Shown piece by piece: positions 26,084 through 38,012 of a DNA stretch of 64,000 nt. How positions within the stretch are numbered: the stretch's first letter is position 1; every line of letters begins with the position of its first letter. Source of the DNA: Camelus dromedarius. Its lineage: Eukaryota. The notes under the pieces are model-generated. The model ran no database searches, was not told the origin of the DNA, and worked only from the letters and a program-made list of their open reading frames with translations. A program made the translations under genes and the position numbers. The stretch is taken from the NCBI RefSeq assembly GCF_036321535.1, contig NC_087437.1:31808001-31872000 (forward strand), in the 5' to 3' direction.

Positions 26084-27079
26084 AAGGACCTTGAAGCATG
26101 AATAGGATTTCAGTAAACACTATGCACTGAAGTTTTATTGGCTAAAATATTTTTTTCTAATTTTACATAAAATGTACATTCATTACTTAAAAAGAAAGAA
26201 AACCATGGAAAAATATAAAGAAACTCCCTCACTGCTTCACCAGGCAAGCTATATGACTGGACCTGAGCTAGGAATTAGAGCTATCACTTTAAGTGAGACA
26301 TAGTTCCTACCCTCAGAGGATTTCCAACTAAACCATAAAGAGATAACCACTGCTCATATGTTGGTGCAGTCCTTCCCAATTTGAATAAAACAAATTGAGA
26401 TTACTCTGTACATAGTTTTGTGTGCTAGTTTACTTACCCCCTGGTACACAAGATAGTATGAGAATTTTCCTCGCAGTATTAAATATTCTACAAAACTGTG
26501 ATTTTTGAATGGGTATATCACATATCATCCTATGACTAGACCATTGTTTATTTCCCTGGATATTTAAGTTGTTTCTGAGTTTTTCATTACTATAAAATAA
26601 TAATATAATAAATATGCTTACTCATCTTTCTGCTTCTCTGACAATTTTTTAAAAATCAAGTCCTCAATTAGTTGCATTACTAGTTCAGAAAGAAAGAATA
26701 TTTAAAAACCTCTTGGTTATGGCTTTGCAATTTGGTTTGCAAAAATGCTTTCCAATCTGCATATCCCTAGCGTGTGTTTGAGGAGCATCATACAGCAGAA
26801 CACGTGGGAATCAAGTCTGTTCCCAAGGTACGGGGCAGAGAGATTTGCCGCCGTCTGACTTGAACAAAAGAATACTGAAAGAAACCAAAAGGCAGGTTAT
26901 AAACCACAGTCTACAAATAACCAGCATGTCCTTGGCAACTAAGAGCTGGATTCTAGGAAATGACTACTAAAGAGTCTGTGTCAATGAAAAGACTTCATTG
27001 GCTTCTAGCACAGCTTTGGGGCAACATTCTGAGACCAAGAATGACTTAAGGGACTTAGAAACCCAGGCTCATTGCGGGT

Positions 27080-27500
27080 ATGAGCTGAGATTCCTTGGGT
27101 GGTAAGCAACAGAAACCAGTCCTGGCTAATCTAAACCAAAAGGGAATTTACTGGAAAAAACAGCTGATGTCTCAATGGCTAGCAAACCAGGCTCAGAAAC
27201 CAGGACAAAATGGACAGGAACTGAGGAACTTCACAGGCAGAAAGTAGCATCAAATGGAGGGTCTAAGACACAGGACCCCTCACCAGGGTCCCCTGGGTAC
27301 ACTGCTGTGAAAAGGAATGAGCTCCAGCTGGTTTCTGTCTTGCAATGACTTTGCTCCAATTTCAGATTCCAGGGAAGGCAGATCTGACTGACCTCAAAAG
27401 ATTCGAGTGCCTGACCTTGGCCAGGGACAGGCAGGCACCTCAACTAACAGCTTCCCATATGTGGAAGAAGTAATTCCCAGAGGTGAATCAGGGCAGAGCC
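27080..27500 (-). mobile_element. Old MLT1 (K/L-like) LTR fragment
   Basis: aagcaacagaaaccagtcctggctaatctaaaccaaaagggaatttactggaa motif. Confidence 0.5.
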
Positions 27501-30499
27501 ACCCAAACCAAAAAACAATCTGCCGTTCCACGTTCCCTAGCAAAGGAAATACACTAATGCTTAACCGTGGTTCATCTCTGAGCCCAGAGTCACTTACCAC
27601 ACTGAGCCCCCGCCTCCCTACCCTGCCACACCCCACCAAAGTAGGATTCTGTGGAAATGAAAAGAGACCCAGAGACCGTCAGGCTGTGGGGAGAGAGGAA
27701 TTAGAAATTCTAAATATGAGCCATAATGTATGAAGCACCATTCTGAAAATCGGTATGAACAAATAATTGAAATGAATAATCCTGCTTTAACTTGAACAGA
27801 GTTTTAGCCTCTTCCCCTCGCCTCTTCTATCTCATCTGGAACACTGGCCTTTGACTGATTAAAAGCAACCAGGGAACAAGTGGACTGGAAGGAGTTTTGA
27901 CAGAGGGCCAAAGCCAGGCCCCACACGCTGCCTTCTGCCTGGCTGGAGTCCCCTCCTCCGCCTGGTGAGCTGATGCAGAAGAGAGGAGCCGGAAGATGTC
28001 TTCGCCTGGCTTTGTTGGGGGTATACTGAACAGGGATCAGGACACGGAGTAACTTTAGGAGGCTGGCTCTTCCCCTTAGGGCAGTACCTCCCAGCCTTGT
28101 CTTTCCCTGCTTGCTGATGGGAGTTACTCCTCATCCCAGGGGACGAACAAGGTCATCAGCCCTGAAGGTGCATCTGGTCCTTGGGAACAGGAAGTAGAGA
28201 CCAGGTTCCCACCTCAGATACCCCATCATTCAGCCAAGCAGTGACAGAATGAAAAGGGGGTAGGTCAATCTCAGGGACAGAAGCAAGGTAATAAAGCCTC
28301 ACTGTATTTGGAGGACATAAAAAGTCACGGTGTCAAGGAGGTGTTCCTAGGATGGGGGTGTGTCATAAAGAGGTACACTGGGGTCAGGAGGGTGGTCAGC
28401 GAATGGCAGACTCCACTCTTTCTGGAAAGAGGACAGCAGCCCAGGTCTCAGAGTCCCATCACTCCTCTCATTAGGGGAATCACTGTGGGGTGCTGCTGAT
28501 CCAGCTGATTAAGATATTCCCTCTGGTGATCAGGACTGTAGGTAATTAACTGCTCCCTTGGGAAGTGGGTGTTGGGGCACTAGTTGGGGAGAAGGGTCCT
28601 GAACTGGTCGCCAGAATCAACTTCCGCCTTTGATAGCACATTCTAGAAAAAACTACAGGATCTTTACATCTGCAGGGCTGTGGCAAGATCCCAAGACTTC
28701 CCTGGAAAAGCCCTTCCAGGGCCTCGGAGGGGAGTGGGGAGATGGCCATTTGCTCCAGGCCCCTTGCTGAGCTGGAGAGGGTGGCCTTGCCCGGCAGTGA
28801 GGCCAGGGTCCATGCGGGACGGGGGAGCCCCCTGCACAGGGAGGGTTCCAGCAGCCCCACCACATGCAGGCTTTAGAAACTGCCAGGCCATACAGTGTGG
28901 AAAGACATTAACGTTCTGATTTTTCCCATGATGAACACTTCAATATTCTTTTTCTGAAATAGCAAATAGTTTCCAATGTTTTCCTCCCACTTTCCAGTGC
29001 TTTGTCTTCTAACTGTGCTGGGTGTGATCCCATGAGGCCCGACCAGAGGGACTACGCTAGCTGTGCGGAGGCAGCCTGGACTCATCACAGCAAGAATGAA
29101 GTCTAGACGTGCAGCGCTCCCTGCCTGGAACGTGTGAGTCACCCAGCTGCATTCCCAAGGAAGAGACTGTCCTGACAGCTCTGCTCTCCCCCAGGGCTGC
29201 TCGGGGGGGGGGGGGGGCCTGAGCCCTGGGGGGGGGGGGGCAGGGCTGAGGGACCGATAGTGGGCCAGGTGTCTGTAGGGCCACCTAGGACCAACTATCA
29301 TCCCGAAACTGGCTCACGCTCGCAGCCTCCTCTTCCTGTGTGAGCCTCAGCCCGGGTCGGAGGGTCCCCGCATCCAGGGGTGTCCAGCCTCATCTGCACT
29401 CTCCCGGGCCACCTGCCTCCTCTAACCCCACCGCAAGTAGTCCATTCCCCCACCCATGTTTCGGAATTTAAGGGGTGCATACATTCCTCTGACTTCTAAG
29501 CACGTTGTTGTTTTCTTTCCAGTTTTTGTTCTGTGTTGATCTCATGCTGAAAGTCTGTCATATGCTCCAGGAGGCCAGGAACCGTGTTTTCCTGATCTTG
29601 TGTGGCCGACGCACGTAGGAAGTGCTGTTCTGGGCCCCTTTCTCCTCAAAAGTCTTTGCTGATAACAGGTTAATGTGGGGGTGCTTATGGATTACACACC
29701 ACTTTCACACATGATCTAACCCAATGATTCTTATTCTTTTGAGAATAACTAATGTATGTTCTTTGAGAAAATAGGGAAAGAGACCACCCTCTCCCAAGGA
29801 AGATGTGCATAAACACCCAGACAAAATGCTAATGTTGATTTCAGGGCTCAGTGGCCCCCCGAAACTGTCCAGCCATTGGCTGCAAGCTAAGAGCCACTGT
29901 TTAAGCTGGCTCTTCCAACTGGGCTGCAAGGCACCTGCCACAGACATTGCTCCCAACTTATCCATGGGGAAACTGAGGTTGGAGAGAGACGCCTCCAGGC
30001 TGCTCTGACTGGCAAATTGCTGCAGTTCCTTGCCAAGGATCCACATTCCCTTCGATACTTTTTTTGCAGATCTGTCCTTAGACATGCAGAGTCTTCTGTC
30101 AGCACCTGTGCGTCAGAGCAGAAACTGTAACTCTTGTCATTCTTGTCCTTGTTACCATGTTTGGTTCCTGGTGCAACAGTGCGTGGCCAAGCCCTACTGC
30201 GTCTCTTGCAAGGACGTCAGAGAGCTTCTCTCCTGGTGCCAGAGAGAAGTACCAGAACCTGTTGTTGCCAGGGATCTTTGATTTTTCTCATTTGTGGCCT
30301 CTAGCTGGCTACCCAAATCTGAATGCAGCCAACAGAAATCAAAGGTGAGAGAGGCCAGGTGTTATCACTCCTGCAGGCAGACCTCCGTTCAGCAGCTGTA
30401 TTGAGATGTGCTGCACCAAACCTTAGGCCATTCCCCACCCAACCCCACAACTCCACAGGCCTCAGCCCACCCCCACTCCAGGCAGGTGAACGCTGTGAT

Positions 30500-30760
30500 G
30501 AGGAAGGAGGCCTGTGTGGAAGGGCAACGAGCCAGCGCCTTACGTAACAGCTTCAGTTTCCGCCGTCAGTGCCCGCTCGGTGAAATGCAAATCCCTGCGC
30601 GGCCAGGAATGCGCAATGCCTCAGTCTCTGCCTCTCAAACCAATCGCCACCGCCTCGGCGAGGAGGAAGATAGTCCCGCAGCTCTCCCGGGTCCCGGACT
30701 GTGAGTCCGTCCTGGCTGCTGGGGCATCACTCGGACTCGGCTCCCTGACATGACAGAGTG
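30500..30760. promoter_or_regulatory. Small CpG-rich promoter/enhancer-like patch
   Basis: Local CpG retention; TTACGTAA (30540-30547), GGAATG (30606-30611), CCAAT (30640-30644). Confidence 0.5.
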
Positions 30761-31467
30761 TCAGAGCTTCGAAGAAAAGCAAAGGTGGTGGTTTGTTCCA
30801 GTAGCATTTTCCATGTTTGGGCAAATGCAGTTCATCACAACTGCGCTTGCCTGTGGTCACTGCTTGGCTGATGGATGGCTTCAGCCCCCGGAGGCCAGTG
30901 GATGACATGTGGGGGTTATCTCCTTGCACCAAAAATATTTAAACCATCTATCTATACCCACAGCGCTGGGGCCTATGTCAAGATAGGTGTGCACCTTCCT
31001 TGAGTTGTATGTGTCAATTGATTAAGCAGTGTTGGTTCCTCACAACCTGGTAAGAAAAAAAAAAACCATGGCCCTCATTAAAGCTTTTGTTGTTCTTTTT
31101 TGCCATTTCAGTCTCCCTGGCATGACCCCAGGCACCTCCTAGTAGCTCTTGTGCTGTCTCCAAGACAACAACGTCTCCAAAAAGGATATTCATATTTCAC
31201 AGGGGATGAGCTCTCACCCGGTTCTCTCTTTCCCCAACCCATTTAAGAAAATTCCAAAAAAAAAAAGAAAAGAAAATTCCAATCTTTGGCTAGTGCTGTG
31301 ACAGCCTGTCAGGGTGAAATATTTGGCCAGAAGGTATAAATAGCAGCCTTCTGCTGATGTATTATAACAATGATGATTATAGGAGTAAGGAGCAAGTCCA
31401 TGTAGGATCCTTGTCGGGCAAGGTGTCTGATACGTCCTCTCAAGCCTCCTTCAGGAATCACCTACAT

Positions 31468-31684
31468 CAGTGGTTCTAAACCAGGGCCCTTTCTGCCTCC
31501 AGGGGACATTGGCAATGTCTGCAGATGTTTTTGGTCGTCACTACTTGGGAGGAGGGGAGTGCTACTGGCATCCAGTGGGTAGAGGCCAGGGACGCTGCTA
31601 AACATCCTACAATACACAGGGCAGCGCCCACCACAAAGAATGATCCGGCCCAAATGTCGCTAGTAGCGAAGCTGAGAAATCCTG
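31468..31684. mobile_element. MER20 hAT-Charlie element
   Basis: cagtggttct...gggacattggcaatgtctg...ctactggcatccagtgggtagaggccagggacgctgctaaacatcctaca...gagaaatcctg. Confidence 0.9.
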
Positions 31685-32747
31685 ATGATGCAAGTCACCC
31701 CCACTCTCGTAAGACATTCCAAGTAGTCTGAAGTTTCGGCACACATCTGGAGTGGAGGAATTGCTATCCTTCTTCAATTCAAGCAGACTTCATAAAATGT
31801 ATCAAATGTGCCTACTTGGGTCAGGGCCCACAGATAGAAGAGTGTCTCTGCCTTCCAGAAGCTTAATTCCAGCAGTGGAGACAGATGCCTCCACCATGTT
31901 AGGATGAGGTGGTGAGAGTTGGCCCAGCACATGCGGGGCTGATGAACTCCCGCTGGTGGGGAAGACAGGTGGGCTTCAAAGTGTCCTCTGAAAAGAGAGT
32001 TGATACTGTGGGGATTTTACCAACGGGAAAACCTCTGCCCGTGCCAAGTGGGATGGTAAGCTCCAAAGCCTTCGGAAGATCTGAGCAAAGACAGGACCCT
32101 GCCTGGTGGGAGAGGACCAGAGGGCTGTGCTGGTGGCCAGCATGGGCTCCGTGGTGCTTCAGGATGGAAGATGAGGCCAACTTGTTTCTTTGTTGCATTT
32201 ACCTTTTTTGGACTAACAGGCCACATATTTCTGTTTCAGATTTCCATAGGTTCCCCTTGGCTTGCTATGGTAACATTAATATTCAGTCAAGACTCTTGCC
32301 ATTTTTATGCAGTATTTATAGGGGAAAGAGTTTTTGTCTAAAATGTAAATCATACAGTTCCTTCTGCGGCCAGAACTAAATAAGATTCTCTATTTGGTTC
32401 AGTCATTAGTAATTTTTTGTGAGGCCCAATGTGCTTTTAGAAAGTCACTTGGAATATTTGGAAGGATCTCAGAATCGGGAGTTTCTAGGAATGGAAGAAA
32501 CCTCAAGAAACACTCAGGTTCAGTTATATCCAGTCTGCAGACAAGCCCTGGTCATTACCATTTCACACTTGAGACCATTATGTTTCTGCACATTTCAGGC
32601 AGAGAACAAGCCTGTACTGAATGGCAGGATGTTTTATTGGATGCATTGACTAGGGGGTGCAGTCCTTCAGATCTGGGGGAGTAACCATTGTTCAAATGGT
32701 TTTGCCCAGAATTGATGGCCCAGAGATCAAGGGGATAATCTCAATGG

Positions 32748-32749
<2 letters not shown>

Positions 32750-32836
<87 letters not shown>
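32750..32836. repeat. Compound microsatellite (TG)n(GA)n
   Basis: Direct reading: TG run then GA run with one GATA interruption. Confidence 0.97.
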
Positions 32837-32839
<3 letters not shown>

Positions 32840-35069
32840 CAGGCCTAAAGGTCAATAAGGAGCTAGCAAGCTCACAATTTATCGAGGTGGGGGTCCTCAT
32901 CTCTACCAGTTGAGGGAACAGAGCCATGAGATCTCCTAGAAGCAGATGTGGGGAACAGTTGAAATTATTAACAGTCAGCAGCAAAAGTGTGTCTGGAGAG
33001 ACTGTCTGTCCAGGGGTTCCTTGGACCCTGGAGCCATTTTAGGAAATTCAGGCTTTCAGCAGAGAGGACAGCTTCCCTCGGGTGGGGGCATTGGGTCTCC
33101 CCAGGGATCCTGCGTGCCTATGGCTACTGAGAAGCGCTCCAGCCCAGACTTCCCTGAATCCAGGCTTCCCGGGAACCCTCCCACCCTGGTTCAGAAGCTC
33201 TGCCCTGATTACAGGATGAACTGAGATGACCTTGTGTTTTCCTGTCAAAAATGCACCCCTTTTTACTTCAGCATCCCCAACATTGGGCTCATTGTTGTAT
33301 CATTTGCCCCACTCCAGGGCAGGACCCACTCAGAAAAAAGCCCTGGTTTTCTTTCTAAGGGACCTCCCCAGTTTATCATAGCAAATGGATTATTTCCTTA
33401 ATACGAGGCCACTCGGTGTGTGTGACTCAGAGTTGCCTCTCTCAGGTCATAAGATGAAGGAGGAAACAGTGTGGGGAAACCCCAAATCCTTGGCTACCCC
33501 ATTTCCTAAAGTGAGCCTTACCCTTGGCATCATTAAATGACTTTGGCAGCCTTCTACCTGCCACAAATGAACTAAAAAGACAGATATGTAAAAACCAGAT
33601 CCTTTTTGTGAGACAACATAAATGCTTTGCAAGATCCGTTAATGGCAGCCACTAATCATTTATTCATCTTTTACTCAACCCAGGGATGGTCCCCTTCTGC
33701 TCAGATGAAAGTCAACTTCCTATAAAACAGGCTTGGGTGGAATCCACGGCAGGGAGAAGAAAGTGGTGAGCTCATTCCTGGATATGGCTTCTAGGGACTG
33801 GCCGTACCTTCCAAGATAACGCCAGGCAGGGTCAGGGTAGCCGCCTCCCTCCCACCCAGAAGAAGCCCAGGCTGTCCCGTGGGTTTTCAGGCTCCTGGCC
33901 ACTGGCTCTCTGCAGGAGTTAGTTGTGTGTTACACTGGAAGTGAGCGCTCGGGGCACACACAGCAGGCTGACACTGGTTAAAGTTTCTTTGGAGCAGAAG
34001 CAGGTACACGTCAAATCTGCTGTGTGGGGCTCTTCCCACTTCCCAAGCTTTCTAACACTCCTGGTGACACTGAAGGCCAAGGGCATCTGTGTTACACCAA
34101 GGGTCTGTGTCCACCTTGGGTTCCAGATCTTCTTGTGCAAGTCCAGGGGCCTGAATCCTGGTTCTCAGAAACTGTGGTCTCAGGACTCAGGGAGCATCTT
34201 CTTCCTCAGCCTGATCCTCAGAGGTGCTTGGTTGCTATAGGGACCTCATACCTGACTGTGGCCATCATCTCTGGAGTCTGAACTGTGGATTACTTGTCAG
34301 AATCTTTGTGATGCCCTGAGTGGCCTGCTCAGAGCTACCGTTTACCAAGTGTTGATTCTTGCAAGGTGCTTATATATGTCATCTAATTAAATCCTCACAG
34401 GGATCCTGTGCTCATTTTACAAGAAAGAAATGCTGTCCACACCAACCACACTCACCCACACCTGGTCCCTGTAGACCCAGCTGAGGGTAAGAGATGAGAC
34501 ATCCTCTGTGTGAGCATCCTTCAAGCACTTGCTGTCTCCTTACGAGTTTGATTTTGCAAGGAAGTTGTTTTTTGAAACTCTAGGCCTCTTGCTGGGAAAG
34601 TGACACCAGGGAGATGGGGGTGCCTTCGGTATGGATGGCCTGAGGTAACAACACAGGGTGGGGAGCAGTGGGCCTTGGGAAATCTCAGCCAGCTGTGCCA
34701 GGAATTCAGCTTCCATTTCCCCAAGAGAAGCTGAAATCTAGGTTTTTGTTTTCGTTTTCTATAGAAGTTTCGTTTTCTATAGGAAACCTTCTCGTTTGAA
34801 ATGTTGGCAATTGATTAAAAAACAGACCAGACAAAGCTTGGTTAACACTCTGCAAGCAAAATAACACATTTGTGGGCTGGTTTGCAACTTCTAGATTTAG
34901 GCTTTTTGTGAGATACAAAAACTCAAACATGGGATTGAACAGGTCCCATTGTTTTTTTTTCATGAAATATAATTTTTATTAGAATATATTAAAATGTTCA
35001 AAATGCAGAACAAAGTTCTAAAAAATATGTTAGGTATTTCAGCCACTAAGTTTATTTTCTATATTAATA

Positions 35070-35285
35070 TCACCTTCTATTCATATGACCGTTTACATAG
35101 CGCGTTGAGACTGAGGATATCATACCATTCACTGCTGAAGAGGCAGCTGTGAGGTGGGTGTTGTTACCTCCACGGGTGCAAACAGGGAAACTGAGGCTGA
35201 AAGAGGCACAGCCATGATTCAAAGCCCTGGAAACCGCACACTGACAGCCTGCAACCCAGCCAGGGCTTCCCGACTCCACTGTTCT
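35070..35285 (-). mobile_element. MIR SINE
   Basis: Antisense MIR core gggaaactgaggctgaaagagg. Confidence 0.55.
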
Positions 35286-36078
35286 GTTACCTCAGTAAAC
35301 CTTGGTTTTCAGTTTCTCCCACCAAGACTGCTGTACCAATAATTATTCTTCACTCTAAGCCACAGCATTTTTTCCCAAGTCAGCTGTAGTCATTAAATAG
35401 AAAAGTCATAACTGCCCCTTTAACTTAGCACTTAGCTTTTTTCTTAGGGGGCCAATAAGGGAGAGGGTGATGGCTCTTAACCTGGGTTGGGGACCTAAGA
35501 GTGAGTGGAAGAGGAATCCTGAAACCACTGCAACACCGTGGAGAGGTGTGCCTGGTGTGCTTTGGGGAAGGAGACCCGTAGCTTTGTCCAGAGAGTGTCC
35601 AGCTTTCCTGGCGTGGACAAAATCTGTGCAGGTTTTACACCAACCCTTGATCTTTTTCGATACTGAGTCATAATGTAGGCAACCTTCCTAAATCTGCAAA
35701 CTGATTTCTCCCCAATACCCTACTCTATCGGGAAGAAGTAACTTAGGCCACTTTGCATCTGGAGTTAGTCACCACCAACTAATTTAATCCCTTGCTTATC
35801 AATGGCTTATTACCAGGGACCAGGCTGTGTTCCTGCAGGACAGGCCTCCGCAGTTGTTAGAACCTTGATCAGTCCTCTGACTCTACAACTGATTCCTTTT
35901 TAAAAAGCCCAAGCCCTTTTTTCCTGTAATGAACATTGCAAAAGATTTTTAAACAAAATATAACCTTTTTATAAGGCAATAATTACTTCATGCTAACCAT
36001 TACCTGTTAAGAATTTGTAAAAAGAATAACATAAACAATAAAACAACAGGCATTTCCTCTGTTAAGAAGGCTATCTGG

Positions 36079-37007
36079 TATTTCTCCAAAGAAGACATTC
36101 AAATGGCCAACAGGTACACAAAAAAATGCTCAACATTGCTAATTACAAGAGAAATGAAAGTCAAAACTACAATGAGGTATCACTTCACAAGTCAGAATGA
36201 CCGTCAATAAAAAGTCTACAAACAATAAATGCTGGACTGGGTGTGTAGAAAAAGGAACCTTCCTACACTGTTGGTGGGAATGGAAATTGGTGCAGCCACT
36301 ATGGAGAACAGTATGAAGTTTCATTAAAAAGCTAAAAATAGACTTACCCTATGATCCAGTAATCCCACTCCTGGGCATATATCCGGAGGGGATTCTAATC
36401 GAAAAGACACATGCACCCCAATGTTCATAGCAGCACTATTTACAATAGCCAAGACATGGAAACAACCTAAATATCCATCAACAGATGACTGGGTAAAGAA
36501 GTTGTGGTATATTTATACAATGGAATACTACTCAGCCATAAAAAATAATGAAATGATGCCATTTGCAGCAACATGGATGGACCTAGAGATATCATATTAA
36601 GCGAAGTAAGTCAGACAGAGAAAAACAAATATCATATGATGTCACTTATACATGGAATCTAAAGAAAAAAGGGGGATACACATTTTATTTACAACCCAGA
36701 AATAGACTTAGACTCATGGACATAGAAAACAAACTGTGGTTACCACATGGGAAAGAAGTGGGGAGGGATAGCTTAGGAGTTTGGAATTAATAGACACACA
36801 CTACTATATATAAAATAGATAAACAACAAGGACCTACTGTATAGCACAGGGAACTGTATTCAATTTCTTGTAATGAACTGTAATGGAGAAGAACCTGAAA
36901 TATGTATCTATATGTATATGTGTAATTGAATCGCTTTGCTGTACACCTAAAACTAACATTGTGAATCGACTACACGTCAGTAAAAAAGAAGAAGAAGAAA
37001 GAAGAAG
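36079..37007 (+). mobile_element. 5'-truncated LINE-1 with (GAA)n-modified tail and target-site duplication
   Basis: ORF2 C-terminal coding remnant (tttctccaaagaagacattcaaatggccaacagg...) and L1 3'UTR. TSD aagaaggctatctgg (36064-36078) / aagaaggctgtctgg (37008-37022). Confidence 0.93.
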
Positions 37008-37591
37008 AAGAAGGCTGTCTGGGTAGTGCAAGAGCCTCTTCATAGCAAGAGCTTCTCACTGGACTGTATGCAGAGCATCAGGGCCTAGAGGCCCTCCTAG
37101 TTCTCGCCTTTGCCACTGTTTGTGGGAGACAGTGTGCAGAGAATTTTCATAGTGGTGGGTGGGGAGCCCCAGAAGGACAACATCAAGGGGAACCATGGCA
37201 CAGGTGTGGAGTCTGGTGGCCTGTATTCGATATCCTTGTACCAGCTCATGGTGTGACTGAGGACAAGTCATCTTACCTCTCCAGGCCCTGAGCTGCTCGT
37301 CTCTCTGACAAAATGACCTCTAGGGACATGAAGGTCGAAGGGAAAAGGGAGACAGGAACAACATCTACTGAGAACCCAACAGTTACCGGGTCCCGACCCT
37401 GGTGTTATCACATGCAGCCTCTTGTTCACATCATCACAATGGGACATTTGGATCCATGCCCAAGGCCACACGACTTGAAGGTAGCATGGCCAGAACCCAA
37501 AGCCAGATCTGCCCAACCCTAAATGGCACGATTCACGGCTTCTCAAACTCTGCCCCTGAAGCATCCCCGGCAAGAGAAAAGACTGACTCCT

Positions 37592-38012
37592 TGGATTAGC
37601 TTGCTCAGAGCTTCTGTAACAAAGTACAGCAGATTGGGGGGCTTCAACAACAGAAATGTACTGTCTCCCAGTTCTGGAGACCAGAAGTCTGAAATCAAGG
37701 TGTCGGCAGGATTGGTTCCTTCTGAGGCTGAGAGGAAGAATCTGTTCTAGGCCTGTCTCCTGGCTTCTGGGGGCTTGCTGGCCATCTTTGGCATCCTTGC
37801 CTTGTGGACACATCATCCCCATCTCTGCCTCTGTGTTCACATGGTGTTCTCCCGGTGTGCATGTCTGGGTCTGAATTTCCCCTCCAGTATGACCTTGTCT
37901 AAACTTAACTAATTACATCTGCAACAACCCTATTTCCAAGTAAGTTCATATTCTGAGGTCCTTGGACTTAGAACATCAACATATTTGGGGAGACACAATT
38001 CAGCTCATAGAA
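37592..38012 (-). mobile_element. MLT1C-like solo LTR
   Basis: gtaacaaagtac...cagttctggagaccagaagtctgaaatcaaggtgtcggcagg...gacacaattcagctcata. Confidence 0.85.

Noticed and set aside
34750..34782. TTTCGTTTTCTATAG repeated with an 18-bp period
   Set aside because: Ordinary two-copy tandem microduplication; no array or spacer structure.
37268..37840. 190-aa ORF
   Set aside because: Runs through an MLT1 LTR and MIR-like sequence; repeat-derived.
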